64,000 nt of DNA from Catajapyx aquilonaris. Lineage: Eukaryota. Position numbers and translations under genes: made by a program. How positions within the stretch are numbered: the first letter of the stretch is position 1; every line of letters starts with the position of its first letter. The stretch is from the NCBI GenBank assembly GCA_000934665.2, contig KZ538072.1, positions 1 through 64,000 of the forward strand. Direction: 5' to 3'. Shown here piece by piece: positions 11,699 through 22,486 of this stretch. The notes beneath the pieces are model-generated. The model was given only the letters and a program-made list of their open reading frames with translations, was not told the origin of the DNA and did not search any database.

Positions 11699-12068
11699 TA
11701 AGAAAAAACAGGAGGAATTACTTCCAGAGCAACCTAGTGTATGCAAAAACAGACCACTACTTTTAGTGATAAGAGGTAATGCAGGGTCACCCAGGGCAAG
11801 CCTGTTAAGATACAATCCACATGTTGGCCTGTAAATCACAAATAATAGAAGTGATTGGATCAAATCCCATTTAAAATTAAAGAGAATTGAATGGCAAATT
11901 GTTCCACATACTGTATCATATGCATCATCCACATGAAGTAACAGGCTCACCTTCAGTAGTGTACCTACGGGTGACCTTCAGTAGTGTACCATTGTTTCAT
12001 TACATGAAATATGAGCTGTGAGATCATGTTATTTTGTATGTACTCATTATCATTACTGACTCATTCTA

Positions 12069-12969
12069 CAGGGTGGGCCAGACTCAATTAGGCAGTCTTT
12101 GATCATTAATTAATCAATAACCAATTCATCCAAAGGTACAGGGTGAAGTGCCCTTTGTTGTCGATAGACGGCTCTGTCATATGCCATGACGGAGCTCAAT
12201 GCTATGCGCATGCACAGGAGAGAAAACATGGCCAGACTCAATTAGGCAGTTTTTGATTACATGTTATTTTTATTGATGTGTTAACAATATTGAAAAGGGT
12301 ACAAAAAGCGAATAACCCACACAAAAGTCATCGATTTTCAAGGTAGTGGTCGACCTGGGCACCCTCTGAGTCAACATAGGCTTGCAGATGCAAAGCCACA
12401 TTTTCACACGCCTTCCTGCACATGTCAACCGGGACATTGTTGAATTCCTGAACAATCACCTGACGCAAATGTTGTTCACTGTCAATGGGTTTAGCGTACA
12501 CCTTATCCTTCAGGTAACCCAAAGGATAAGGTGTACGCTAACCCCATTGACAGACGACAGTGAACAACATTTGCGTCATGTAATTGTTCAGGAATTCAAC
12601 AATGTCCCGGTTGACATGTGCAGGAAGGCGTGTGAAATTGTTGCTTTGCGTCTGCAAGCCTGTGTTGACACAGAGGGTGCCCAGGTCGACCACTACCTTG
12701 AAAATCGATGACTTGGTGTGGGTTATTCGCTTTTTGTACCCTTTTCAATATTGTTAACACATCAATAAAAATAACATGTAATCAAAAACTGCCTAATTGA
12801 GTCTGGCCATGTTTTCTCTCCTGCGCATGCGCATAGCATTGAGCTCCTTCATGGCGTATGACAGAGCCGTCTTTCGACAACAAAGGGCACTTCGCCCTGT
12901 ACCTTTGGATGAATTGGTTATTGATTAATTAATGATCAAAGATTGCCTAATTGAGTCTGGCCCACCCTG
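12069..12969. mobile_element. fold-back Tc1/mariner-superfamily element built from two transposon 3' ends
   Basis: CAGGGTGGGCCAGACTC termini, TA on both sides; arms 12069-12510 and 12522-12969 with an 11-nt loop; each arm encodes the transposase C-terminus (WGYLKDKVY...LRLQACVDTEGAQVDHYL). Confidence 0.85.
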
Positions 12970-13070
12970 TATAGGCAAACCAAATTCAAAGTCTCATCTC
13001 ATAGCCCTACAGCAGTGGTTCCCACACTTTTTTGTCACGTACCCCTTTTAAAATGTCAAGATAGTTTGTA

Positions 13071-13221
13071 CAGTGTTGGACATTAATCGAGTCATACTGC
13101 TAGCGACATTTTACGAAGCGGCAGAAAAATTAATCGAAGATATGGATAGTGCAAGCCATACGTTCTTCTGCTGCTTCAAAAAATGTCGCTAGCAGTATGA
13201 CTCGATTAATGTCCAACACTG
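13071..13221. mobile_element. palindromic Tc1-like MITE, copy 1
   Basis: CAGTGTTGGACATTAATCGAGTCATACTGCTAG...CTAGCAGTATGACTCGATTAATGTCCAACACTG, TA on both sides. Confidence 0.8.
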
Positions 13222-13295
13222 TACCATTTTTATTGGCACATTATCCTGTGTGAAACAAGTTTTATGCATCCAGAGAAGAACAATTTCACATTGGT

Positions 13296-13591
13296 AACCG
13301 AAGCAGTTTGGAGGAGGGAATATGGTGTCCGACTGCTAATCGGAAGGTCCTGGGATCAAATCCCAGGGCCGGCAACTCTGACCATGGTTTTCTGTGGTTT
13401 TGCACGGTCCTTCCAGGAAAATTCCGGAGTTGTTTCCGTAATCAATAGGCCACAGCCGCTACCTTCCGTCCCTATCCTATCCCAAAGAGCACAGTAAAAT
13501 GAAAGCAAAAGAGCTCCAGGCAAAGAAACTTCCCCCCTAAAGAGCCGATGGCTGATAACAGGGTATGAATTATTTATACAATTTTAAAAAA
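13296..13591 (+). mobile_element. tRNA-derived SINE (fourth family)
   Basis: Degenerate tRNA head (GGGATCAAATCCC), body GGTTTTCTGTGGTTTT...AGGCCACAGCCGCTACCTTCC; 10-bp TSD TCACATTGGT (13286-13295, 13592-13601); 3' part recurs at 27771-27901. Confidence 0.75.
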
Positions 13592-13632
13592 TCACATTGG
13601 TCTCCAACAAGTCTGACTCAAGTGCAACTCAC

Positions 13633-14034
13633 TGCATTTCCCAGAGAAAGTCCTCATATGTTGCATATTCATCATTAAGGATACATTCAGTGACAGCTTT
13701 GCTAAGGTAAATCTTCTCTAACACAGTTTTCATCTTGGAGGCATACTCCTCACTCGGCTTCAGTAGCTCATAGTGTGCCTGATCTGATGTAAATGTCACC
13801 TTGGGATCATCAAGGTCATACTCTGAAATCCACCACTGATGTATGGGTACAGTGTTGGACATTAATCGAGTCATACTGCTAGTGACATTTTCCGAAGCGG
13901 CAGAAGAACAAATCGAAGATATGGATAGTGCAAGCCGTGCAAGCAAGATTCGTTCTTCTGCCGCTTCGGAAAATGTCGCTAGCAGTATGACTCGATTAAT
14001 GCCCAACACTGTACCCCCACTCCAATCCTGTTAC
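13633..14034 (-). pseudogene. DNMT1 RFTS-domain-like exon disrupted by a MITE
   Basis: PIHQWWISEYD...FTSDQAHYELLKPSEEYASKMKTVLEKIYLSKAVTECILNDEYATYEDFL matches the DNMT1 RFTS pattern PI.EWWI..FD...A.Y.L..PS.EYA.......EKIY.SK.V.E........TYED; GTGAGT donor at 13632; candidate AG acceptor at 14035; MITE inserted at 13850-14011. Confidence 0.7.
13850..14011. mobile_element. palindromic Tc1-like MITE, copy 2
   Basis: Same family as 13071-13221, TA on both sides; inserted in the DNMT1-like exon. Confidence 0.8.
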
Positions 14035-15304
14035 CTGATAATAGAAATTGTGGCCACATACCACTTACTTGTTAGTGTGCTTGCTATCTTTCACACATAT
14101 GGTCAATTTGGGACAAGTAGTGTCAATTTAAGCCTGTTTTTCTCGACATAAGAGTCAATGATGGTACTTTGTTTTCATGGACGTTAATGCCAAATTACTA
14201 GCTTCACGTAATTAGGTAGTAGCAAATGGTATTAAGTACTTGAGAGCCCAGGTTGCCAGGCTCAGAGAGTCTTCCATTTTTCAGAAGTGTTTTTTGCAGC
14301 CAGAGTTTATTTTCAAAACCTGCACAGTATCGCAGAGCCTGATGGTAGAACTGATTTTAGAGTTATGGTAACATTGCCAAGTCGCTTCTTGAGTTTCAAC
14401 GCCTGTGCTGAATGAAAATGGCATTAGTCAAAAATTGCCTCTGCATGTGATAAATCTTCCCTAAAATAGTAACAGCAAAAGGAAAGACGGGAATGAGTAG
14501 GACAAATTTGTGCATTTTTCTCAGAAGTTGCTTCATGGCAGCCTTTTTCATAACAAATGCTTCAATTACTTTCCTAGCAGCCCCATAACTTATGAATTGA
14601 GAACTTTCACTACTGCTACGAACAGCTACTCAGGCCACAACATAGCAAGGTTCCAACAAGGTTTCTTCTGCAGCCTACATCTATACCATATCCATGTGTG
14701 TCATCTGCAGTTCAGCAGAAAATTTTGAGCATCATCTGGCTCCACTGCAAGTCTCATGTCAGCCAAATTTGGACCATGGGTTGAGGAGACTTCTTGGAAT
14801 GCTTATTATTTTTATTCCTGAAGTTATTCATAACCATATCCACATATGGTTCAATGGCTTATTTTCAATCTTGTGTTACTTTACCGCCTACATTACATAT
14901 TCAATATCATCCCCCCAGTTCTCTGAATACAATAAAACTTAAATATGGTTCATTACACCCATGGCCTATTCATATTGCCTAAAACTACCTGGCACATCCC
15001 AATCATATATCATGACAACTAAACACACTCTGTACTGCTAGCCCAACTAATCTGTGCACCTGATCAATAGTCCTGTGGAGCTAAACATGTTCTTTAAATA
15101 CAAGTTGGCTTGCTCAAAGCTCAAAACCATGTTGTCTTATATTAGGAGTACGGTACAGTTTAGTTGTACAGGCAGGATATTAAGCATGATTGTCTGACCA
15201 CCACGTATCATCCAAACATTAAAAAATCACTTAAAAATGGAACATGTAATTGCTAAATAGACTATGTAAACTCACAGAAAATGTCTATTGATCAGCTACA
15301 ACTT

Positions 15305-15890
15305 TTACAGATGAGAAGGCAATGGCACACAACACTCAGTGCCAGGGTAGGATGGCAAACTCAAGTCATACTTTTTTTCTAGCTGCGGAGGAACAAATCG
15401 GCCACCCAAGTAGTGGAATCTGCCTCTAAATTTTGCAGCGCACTGCTTGGGGGCTGTTAGTGAAATAAGCATTTCTGGCTTCAAACCACCACCTTCCGGA
15501 CAACCTTTTTCAACATCCCATCCACTTGGGATGTCAATGCTGCACAGTGGTACGGTCACTGCCATCAAAGTTTCAATGACCTTCTCAAACTCAGGGCGAA
15601 CTGGCGGCTTGAAACTAAACCCAAATAGAGCATCAACAATCAGTCCAAAAGAACTCTGAATGTCACTGAGGCTTGGTAATGGTGAAACAATTGGGATTTC
15701 CATCAATTCACACTGCTTGGTCAGATTGTGAAAAAGAGGCTTATTTGGTTGCTTGGGGTAGAAAATGGTCGGTTGGTACCCAAAAAGCTTCAAATGCCGC
15801 GCACACACCAGACCATCGCCACCATTATTTCCTGGCCCACAGCATATCAAAACACCAGAGCGTCCTTCCAACTGCTTCACAGGATAGCAC
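15305..15890 (-). CDS. NAXE: NAD(P)H-hydrate epimerase (YjeF N-terminal family), last coding exon
   Basis: [56 protein letters not shown] and HYLGGRFVP motifs; acceptor ttgcctttcag at 15891; TAA at 15305. Confidence 0.95.
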
Positions 15891-16170
15891 CTGAAAGGCA
15901 AGTTGCCAGTAATTAATCTGTAACAAAGACTACGGCCCGTATCTTCGACGTCTTGCGCAAATATGCGGGAGGAGCCATAATCTTCCATAACTTTCCAATG
16001 GCGTTAATCCCTGACGCGGAATGAACCCCAGGAGTAGTTAATTTTGTTACTTAAAAATGTGATGATTTTTACTCTCGCTGGCAGAACCCTCTTAACGCCT
16101 CTCTGCGAACGCCTCCCACAGGTTTGCACGAGACGTCAAAGATTCGGGCCTAACACCGCAATAAACGCAC

Positions 16171-16295
16171 TTTGCTATTGCTGAAGCACAACTGAGACCT
16201 GCCAGTTCCATCAACTGATCCACACTGAATTGATACTCATTGAAAAGATCCTGATCTATCTGCACAGCTTCTTCTTGGCACAAAAACTTCACCAT
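16171..16295 (-). CDS. NAXE: NAD(P)H-hydrate epimerase, first conserved coding exon (may extend 5')
   Basis: [42 protein letters not shown]; phase-2 GT donor at 16170 joins 15890 in frame (AA+G = Lys); another in-frame ATG at 16310. Confidence 0.9.
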
Positions 16296-18607
16296 GGCTG
16301 CCTGTTTCATATGAAATCGAACCTGCGCCCTGTGGAAAATCAGTGAACGTCGGATGTACTGGCAGCTGTGGAATACACATACACATAAGACACAGTTGGG
16401 CAATGACAAGCATCTACAAAAAATTCAAGCAGTTTCTCTTTACCTACTCCACAATAAGACCATTCACGGCACGGCACTAATTCTGGTGGCAGGTTAGGCT
16501 TGATCTGTAATAAAACGTGAATTAAAAATTGTCTGGCGTACGTATACTCAAGATGAAGGTCAGGAAAAACAGTCCATGGTCCTCACAGCAGGTTGAACGA
16601 AGAAACATCACCGGTACAGGTCTTCACCGGTTTTCACACACCAGGCAGGCCACCATCTAAAGCTAAACCAGACTGTCCATCACCTGATAGCTAGTTGGCC
16701 AAATATCACCTAGCAGTGAACTTATAATAACTGAAATAGCGTCACAAGAAGCAGAAACAATTAAATTTTGTCCGAAATGTGGATATCTTGGGGAAATAGT
16801 ACTGTCGGTAAAGAGAGAAAAAAATGCTGGTTTCTTAATCATAATTACAACTCTTAATTACTGTATTTTATACATCTAAAAGAGTGGTGATAGCTAAGTA
16901 ACGGCTATTTATAGCTAGTTTTTGTGATCTGGAATATGAACTATCTTATTGAAAATTTAAAACCATTTAAATATTTGACGTAAAAATAAAATATCCACAT
17001 CCAAAAAACGATTCCTTAATGCAGACAAATTAATTGAGGATGCCGGGACTTAAGAAATGCAAAACTTTCTGCATAATATATTTATGACTTTCTAAATGTA
17101 TCTGAATCTGTCACTTGGCAAACGCGATCAGAATGATTTAGTTGAAAGTTTAATAGTCCACAATAAGTCAGAGGTCAGAGCCTTTGTTGAGGTGAAGAAG
17201 CCATGCCCTAATATTGTTAGACAAGGACGATACAGGCCTAAATGGTGATGATGATGAATATAATTATTGTATACGGTATTTTCAAACCATAATAAATGAC
17301 CTCACTACTACTCATTGATGGTATGCTACAGTAGGCATAAATGTCATTTACGTCCATATTTCATGTATGATAACAGCATGTAGCCTACAGTACAGTCCCT
17401 CGAAAAATAAGGTACAACCACACAGTGCCATGATTTGACAGAGGCTGCTAGTTTACAGATGACCAGGAAGATTCTGATTATTGACGTAATTGTAATGTTT
17501 AGGTTCATTTTTTTGCATGATTATTAAATTAACATAAAATTTCCATTTCCACCTAGAGCAAGATGTTTCGCATTCAAATGATACACAAAAAAACAGCATT
17601 GAATTTTTAAAATCAATATTATTAGAAGACATCCAGAGGAAATTATTGTGTCACAGCTAAACCGCTTCTTAGGATTAATGTTTTTTTGGACTCAAGGAAT
17701 TGCCGATGTGGGATCCTCAGCTTATTATGATTCCCATTTATTAGTTTTGTGCACCGTTTTAAAAATTATTATTTGGTTGCTTTCTAAGCTTCTGTAGAGT
17801 GTTGCTAAAAGAACTGAGCACATACAATAATATTTCTTTTTATTTTGCTAATGGTCTCTCAAAGCTGCTGGTTTGTGAGATTATCTGACTTTCAAACTCG
17901 TCAAGAACTAGTATAGATGAAAATGTTAGAATTTGCTTATAGCAAGCAAGTGGTTGTTAAATCAAATCGTTGAGTTGGCTAGACAGTGGCTAAACACCTA
18001 CAACAGCAAATAAGCTTAATGATATTAATATAATTTATTACCATATAAATTAGATAACAAATAGTCGAGTCAGATTCTTCAGAGTTACTACGAACACGTG
18101 GCAAGCTCTGGTTTTAAAGCCATCGTAAACTCTATAATTAATTATTACTAATCTTGCGGAACACAGTTAACCATTTCTCACTGTGATATTTTCAATAGTC
18201 ACAATGATTCTCAACTAACCTTCAGTTACTGTTATTTAGGCCTACCATAATGTTTGTTTTACAGCTCATACTATACGTACAACGAAATGCTCGACTCCAA
18301 GTCGCCACTGCATAAGCGGAAATAGTCTACCATTAACAATATTAGCCTATACTTGATAATAATTTAGTCAATAACAAATTCGAATCCTCTGTAATATAGG
18401 CCTACACTACTGTTAAGTCGCACTTGTTAGCTACTTACGCATATTTCCTTTTTTACACGTTGCCGTACATTAACGATCATGAGTCAGGTTGAGCGACAGT
18501 AATCATCATCGGAAGAGGTTCGTTTTGTCACGTTCATCGCAAGAGTTGCATCATATGTATATCAATGCAGCAATATTGTGAAGCCATAAACCACGGTACA
18601 AGTATCG

Positions 18608-18640
18608 TATATATATCGGGGGTGCTGCCAAACTCAGCTA
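18608..18640 (+). promoter_or_regulatory. candidate TATA box and Inr of the small peptide gene
   Basis: TATATATA at ~18608 with TCAGC ~25 nt downstream, then CAACATG start context. Confidence 0.4.
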
Positions 18641-18649
18641 CACTTCAAC

Positions 18650-18960
18650 ATGAACTTCTTTACACTGCTTCTTGTTGTTCTTGCCATCCTTGCCGTTGTG
18701 ATGGTATGTCCTTCATATTTTTTCATATGGTATCAGAGATAACACTTTGGCTTTTTAATTCTTTCAGGCCGAAGTCATCCCGGGTAAGTAGAGCACCTAT
18801 TATATAATCTATAATAAGTACTGAATGTTAACTAGTGTATATTTCAATACACTTTGTAGTTCCTGGACATGGTGACCATGGGCATGGACATGGACATGGA
18901 CATGGACATGGCGGTCATGGCGGTCGTGGAAGGCACGATGACGATGATGGACCTTGGTAA
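18650..18960 (+). CDS. secreted Gly/His-rich peptide, 56 aa; exons 18650-18703, 18768-18783, 18860-18960
   Basis: Canonical GT-AG introns with matching phases give MNFFTLLLVVLAILAVVM-AEVIP-VPGHGDHGHGHGHGHGHGGHGGRGRHDDDDGPW*; hydrophobic signal peptide; additional 3'UTR intron 18969-19025. Confidence 0.8.
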
Positions 18961-20282
18961 AATTACAGGTAACCTCTGAGCCAGTGTTATTTGGGTTGTC
19001 TTACTAATTGCTTCATTATTTTCAGATGCCGTGAGCAGAACAATTTGGTGGAACTATGCAGGACATGATTTTAAATTGTATTAACTATGCTATGAAGAAA
19101 TATATTTAAATAGAGAAATATACATCATTATATTTATCTGGCAGCAGTGTTTATAATTACAATTCGATTCTTTTTCTGACTCATGAGGCATGACTCTATT
19201 GCTTCATACACAATTTCATTTTTAATGGGACACAGGGCTAATGTGGGTTATAATGCACCTCCCTATAACATTATACACTGACCTTCAAAGTATTGCCACA
19301 GATTGACATATATCATTGAAACCCATCCGATAGAGCTTAATTGAATTTATCCATGAGGAGCATACGCCTCCAGCCCCATTCATCAAACTTTCACGGGGTG
19401 TGAGGCATATTTCATGCATTTTGTCAGATAAAGCCCATGCCTTTCCTGTAGCAATTTCAAGTCGTATTACGCAGCGGCTCCAGAATAGAAATTCACTTTC
19501 TGGAAGCGATCGTTACTCAAGTAGAAGTTGAGTTTTTCAGTTGTGAATGGCCACATAGTTTTCTCAAACTGAATTATATTGCATCCGGTATTTTTCATCA
19601 TGTGCGTCGCTTCTATGTTGGTAATATAGTATTTGTGAGAATATATTTAGTACAACCAGCCGTTTGCAAATGACTAGCGAATTACGATTTTGTCTCATTA
19701 ATCGGGGAATTAACAAGATACCACAGGGGGATACCGGTACAATAATTTATTTCAGTTGACACGATTGTCGCAATTTAAGGATTGAAAATTAGTGTCCTCA
19801 TTAGTGTTCTCAGCATGGAAACAATAATAAAATCATGGCAAAAAATTATGGGTGATGTTATTTTTTGGAGTTCAGTGTTATGAACTTTAATGCTGCTTTC
19901 GGTAGAATATTATCGTCAAGTGTCATATTCGCATGCAGTAGACCTTTATTTCATGACTGCCCTCCAGTTATATCTTGCCGTAACTGCGCATCGGCTACTT
20001 GAAGCTTGATTGATACACCGAAAGGGATATATCATATAGGTTCTTTGTGACATAGCATTCCCTACAGATCTGATTCAGCAACTAATGAATGGGGGCGTCT
20101 TTAAGGAATACCTTTGCCCTTATGCATAAATAACAGCACCTTCTTAGCTGCGGAGATAACGTACACATCCTATACATCTTCACATAAATCAGGATGTATT
20201 GATAATTGAGTTTCTATAATATATGTTCCGGTTGCAATGGGTATTCCCGTTCGCACATCTTCAGCGTCAGTGTTATTCCAAC

Positions 20283-22274
20283 ATGGCACGTTTTACACTG
20301 GTTGTCCTTCTGTCTATTATTTTGGCTGTGTCAGGATGGATCGCAGTTTTAGAGGACAATCAGACTGACTCGCCACCTTTTGCTCTGATTCAGCTCATAT
20401 CAGACGTTGTCGCAGCCTCTCCAGGTTGCGACGTCATTCTAGCCCACGATTACGAGTCTCTTCCTCCAATGATTCAATCCCATCTGAATCAATTGAACAA
20501 CGAATTTCAAACGGTTATTTCCATCAAGTTTGCACCTGCTCTTGAAAGTGCTGACAAGGAGGTGGCAAATGTCACGATCATCGAGTACTGGTTCAGTTGG
20601 TTACATCGTTCCACAGCCGTAAAGTTAGGAACATGTGGCCTCCACATATTCTACTTTGAAGAAGCCAACTTTAAACTGCTGATGGAGCAGGTAGCGGCCA
20701 CATCGGTAGTGGACACATACAACGATCGGTTTATTTTGTGGAAACGTGATCAGACGGAGGAAGTCAACGAAATTTTGCTTCATCCTCATGCCAGTGTGCT
20801 CAAGTATAAGATGATGGCAGTTCCTAAAGGCGAAGATCTGACAATATTTTCGGTGTGCTTCTACTGCAATGGTGGTGAGCCGGAGGTGGTGAATGTTGGG
20901 GAGTACAGTGTGTACTACAATGCGTCTGAAAATGTGCTGGATTTATTTCCTGACTTGGCAGGAGACTTGAACGGAAAGTACCTTCTTGGAACTTTCATCG
21001 AACCTTTTGAACAGAGTGACACTTGGGAAAGGAAGAGAAACAGGCAGCCACTCTGGATTCCAGACCAATACATTATGGATTTGGGAATGAAATTAAACTT
21101 CAACTGGGATGTGAAAATGTTGGAGCTAGGGGATGCAGGTGTGGTAGAAACTCAGTTGGACGACGGTACGTGGTCTGGAATGATTGGGGAGGTTTTATAT
21201 GGCAGATACGATTTTGCAGCAGCCACCATCATGTCCGGAAAGGGAATGGATGTGGTCGACTACCCTGAAATTTACTATTACGATTATCTAACATTGCTGA
21301 CAAGGCGTCCTCATCCTCTGTACTCGTGGAAAGTCGTCCTTCAGCCTTACACAGCGTCCATGTGGCTCCTTGTGTTCCTTTCTTGTGTCCTCGGAGGACT
21401 TGCGTTTTGGATCATCCTGCATGCATCTCAACGGTCCTTGGGCAATTCCTTCGAGAAGAAGCCATCTGTTCCTCCTCTAATGTATAGTGTCGGGTACCTC
21501 TTCCTCACACTGATCGAGGAAAATCCCGAGGCGGTTCCTACTCCGCACAATGCCCGAGTTTTCCTGGCACTCTGGTGGACTTTCGCACTGGTCATCTCCT
21601 GTGGGTACACCAGCAAACTCATAGGTTTTTTAGCGATGCCGCCGAGAGAAGAACTTCCTACTGACTTCAGGGAAATGGTCTCGTGGAAGAACTGGGAATG
21701 GGGAGGCCTGTATACGCATGTTGTGTTTTATCAGATGCTGGTAGAAGACACGGACATAAGCCACCTACTAGCAGTTCAGCCGAAGTTTCAGTCTGTGGAA
21801 ACCATAAAAGAATGCGTGGGCAGGTGCATCAAAGAAGACTGGTCTTGTATTTCGATTCGTATCTACCTAATGGTGGCTGCATACCTATTCGTCGACATAG
21901 ATGGAAACATTCCAATGATAGAGGGGAGTGAAAACACGATTAAGATCTACTGCAGTATGATGCTACACAGGCACCACGTTTCCACTCCCAACATTGGAAA
22001 GGTTTCTCGCTATCTGTGGGACTCTGGGATCACCGGAACGTACGAAAGGTATTGCTACGATTCATACCTCCAAAGTGAGCTACTTGGTGCACGACTGGAA
22101 AACCGAAGAACTGAGGAGTCTCTGGCTCTTCGCTACCAGCAACTTCAAGGAACATTCTTCGGGCTTGGGATCGGACTGGCAGGGGGGCTAATCATATTGT
22201 TGTGGGAAATTTTCCACTACAGAGGAAAGAACAAGTTGAAAATGCGGAAGCAGGTTCCTCAAGTCGAAGTGTAA
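20283..22274 (+). CDS. divergent ionotropic receptor (IR), intronless, paralog 1
   Basis: Signal peptide MARFTLVVLL; S1 DGTWSGMIGEVLYG...VVDYP; M1 QPYTASMW; M3 FLALWWTFALVISCGYTSKLIGFL; pre-M4 LALRYQQLQGTF; upstream in-frame ATG at 20223 also possible. Confidence 0.9.
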   Translation: MARFTLVVLLSIILAVSGWIAVLEDNQTDSPPFALIQLISDVVAASPGCDVILAHDYESLPPMIQSHLNQLNNEFQTVISIKFAPALESADKEVANVTIIEYWFSWLHRSTAVKLGTCGLHIFYFEEANFKLLMEQVAATSVVDTYNDRFILWKRDQTEEVNEILLHPHASVLKYKMMAVPKGEDLTIFSVCFYCNGGEPEVVNVGEYSVYYNASENVLDLFPDLAGDLNGKYLLGTFIEPFEQSDTWERKRNRQPLWIPDQYIMDLGMKLNFNWDVKMLELGDAGVVETQLDDGTWSGMIGEVLYGRYDFAAATIMSGKGMDVVDYPEIYYYDYLTLLTRRPHPLYSWKVVLQPYTASMWLLVFLSCVLGGLAFWIILHASQRSLGNSFEKKPSVPPLMYSVGYLFLTLIEENPEAVPTPHNARVFLALWWTFALVISCGYTSKLIGFLAMPPREELPTDFREMVSWKNWEWGGLYTHVVFYQMLVEDTDISHLLAVQPKFQSVETIKECVGRCIKEDWSCISIRIYLMVAAYLFVDIDGNIPMIEGSENTIKIYCSMMLHRHHVSTPNIGKVSRYLWDSGITGTYERYCYDSYLQSELLGARLENRRTEESLALRYQQLQGTFFGLGIGLAGGLIILLWEIFHYRGKNKLKMRKQVPQVEV

Positions 22275-22291
22275 CAATGTATGCTATAGTG

Positions 22292-22486
22292 CAGGGGTTC
22301 TTAACTTTTTGGGCCTCCGCACCCCTTTGAAGACAGTTGGTCCTTGTCGCATCCCCTATACCTGGGGTGATTGATTAAGTTCATACGTAGTTAGACTAAG
22401 TCCATAGGTGCACCATGCTCGCATCCCCAGGAGAGCCACCTCGCAACCACTGGGGGTGCGGGCACCCCAGGTTATAAGAACCGCTG
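22292..22486. mobile_element. hAT-like MITE just after the IR paralog 1 stop codon
   Basis: CAGGGGTTCTTAAC...GTTATAAGAACCGCTG termini; TATAGTG duplicated on both sides. Confidence 0.65.

Noticed and set aside
13013..13060. hAT-like left end CAGTGGTTCCCAC
   Set aside because: No partner end or TSD found
14230..14790. Minus-strand fragments EAIFD and LPSGSA as a possible upstream RFTS exon
   Set aside because: Matches are too short, stop-interrupted and incorrectly spaced
15891..15988. N-terminal part of the 227-aa ORF (MEDYGSS...)
   Set aside because: Intron read-through; the true NAXE N-terminus is on the 16171-16295 exon
19276..19878. Possible old CACTGA...TCAGTG MITE
   Set aside because: The inverted match is too short and degenerate
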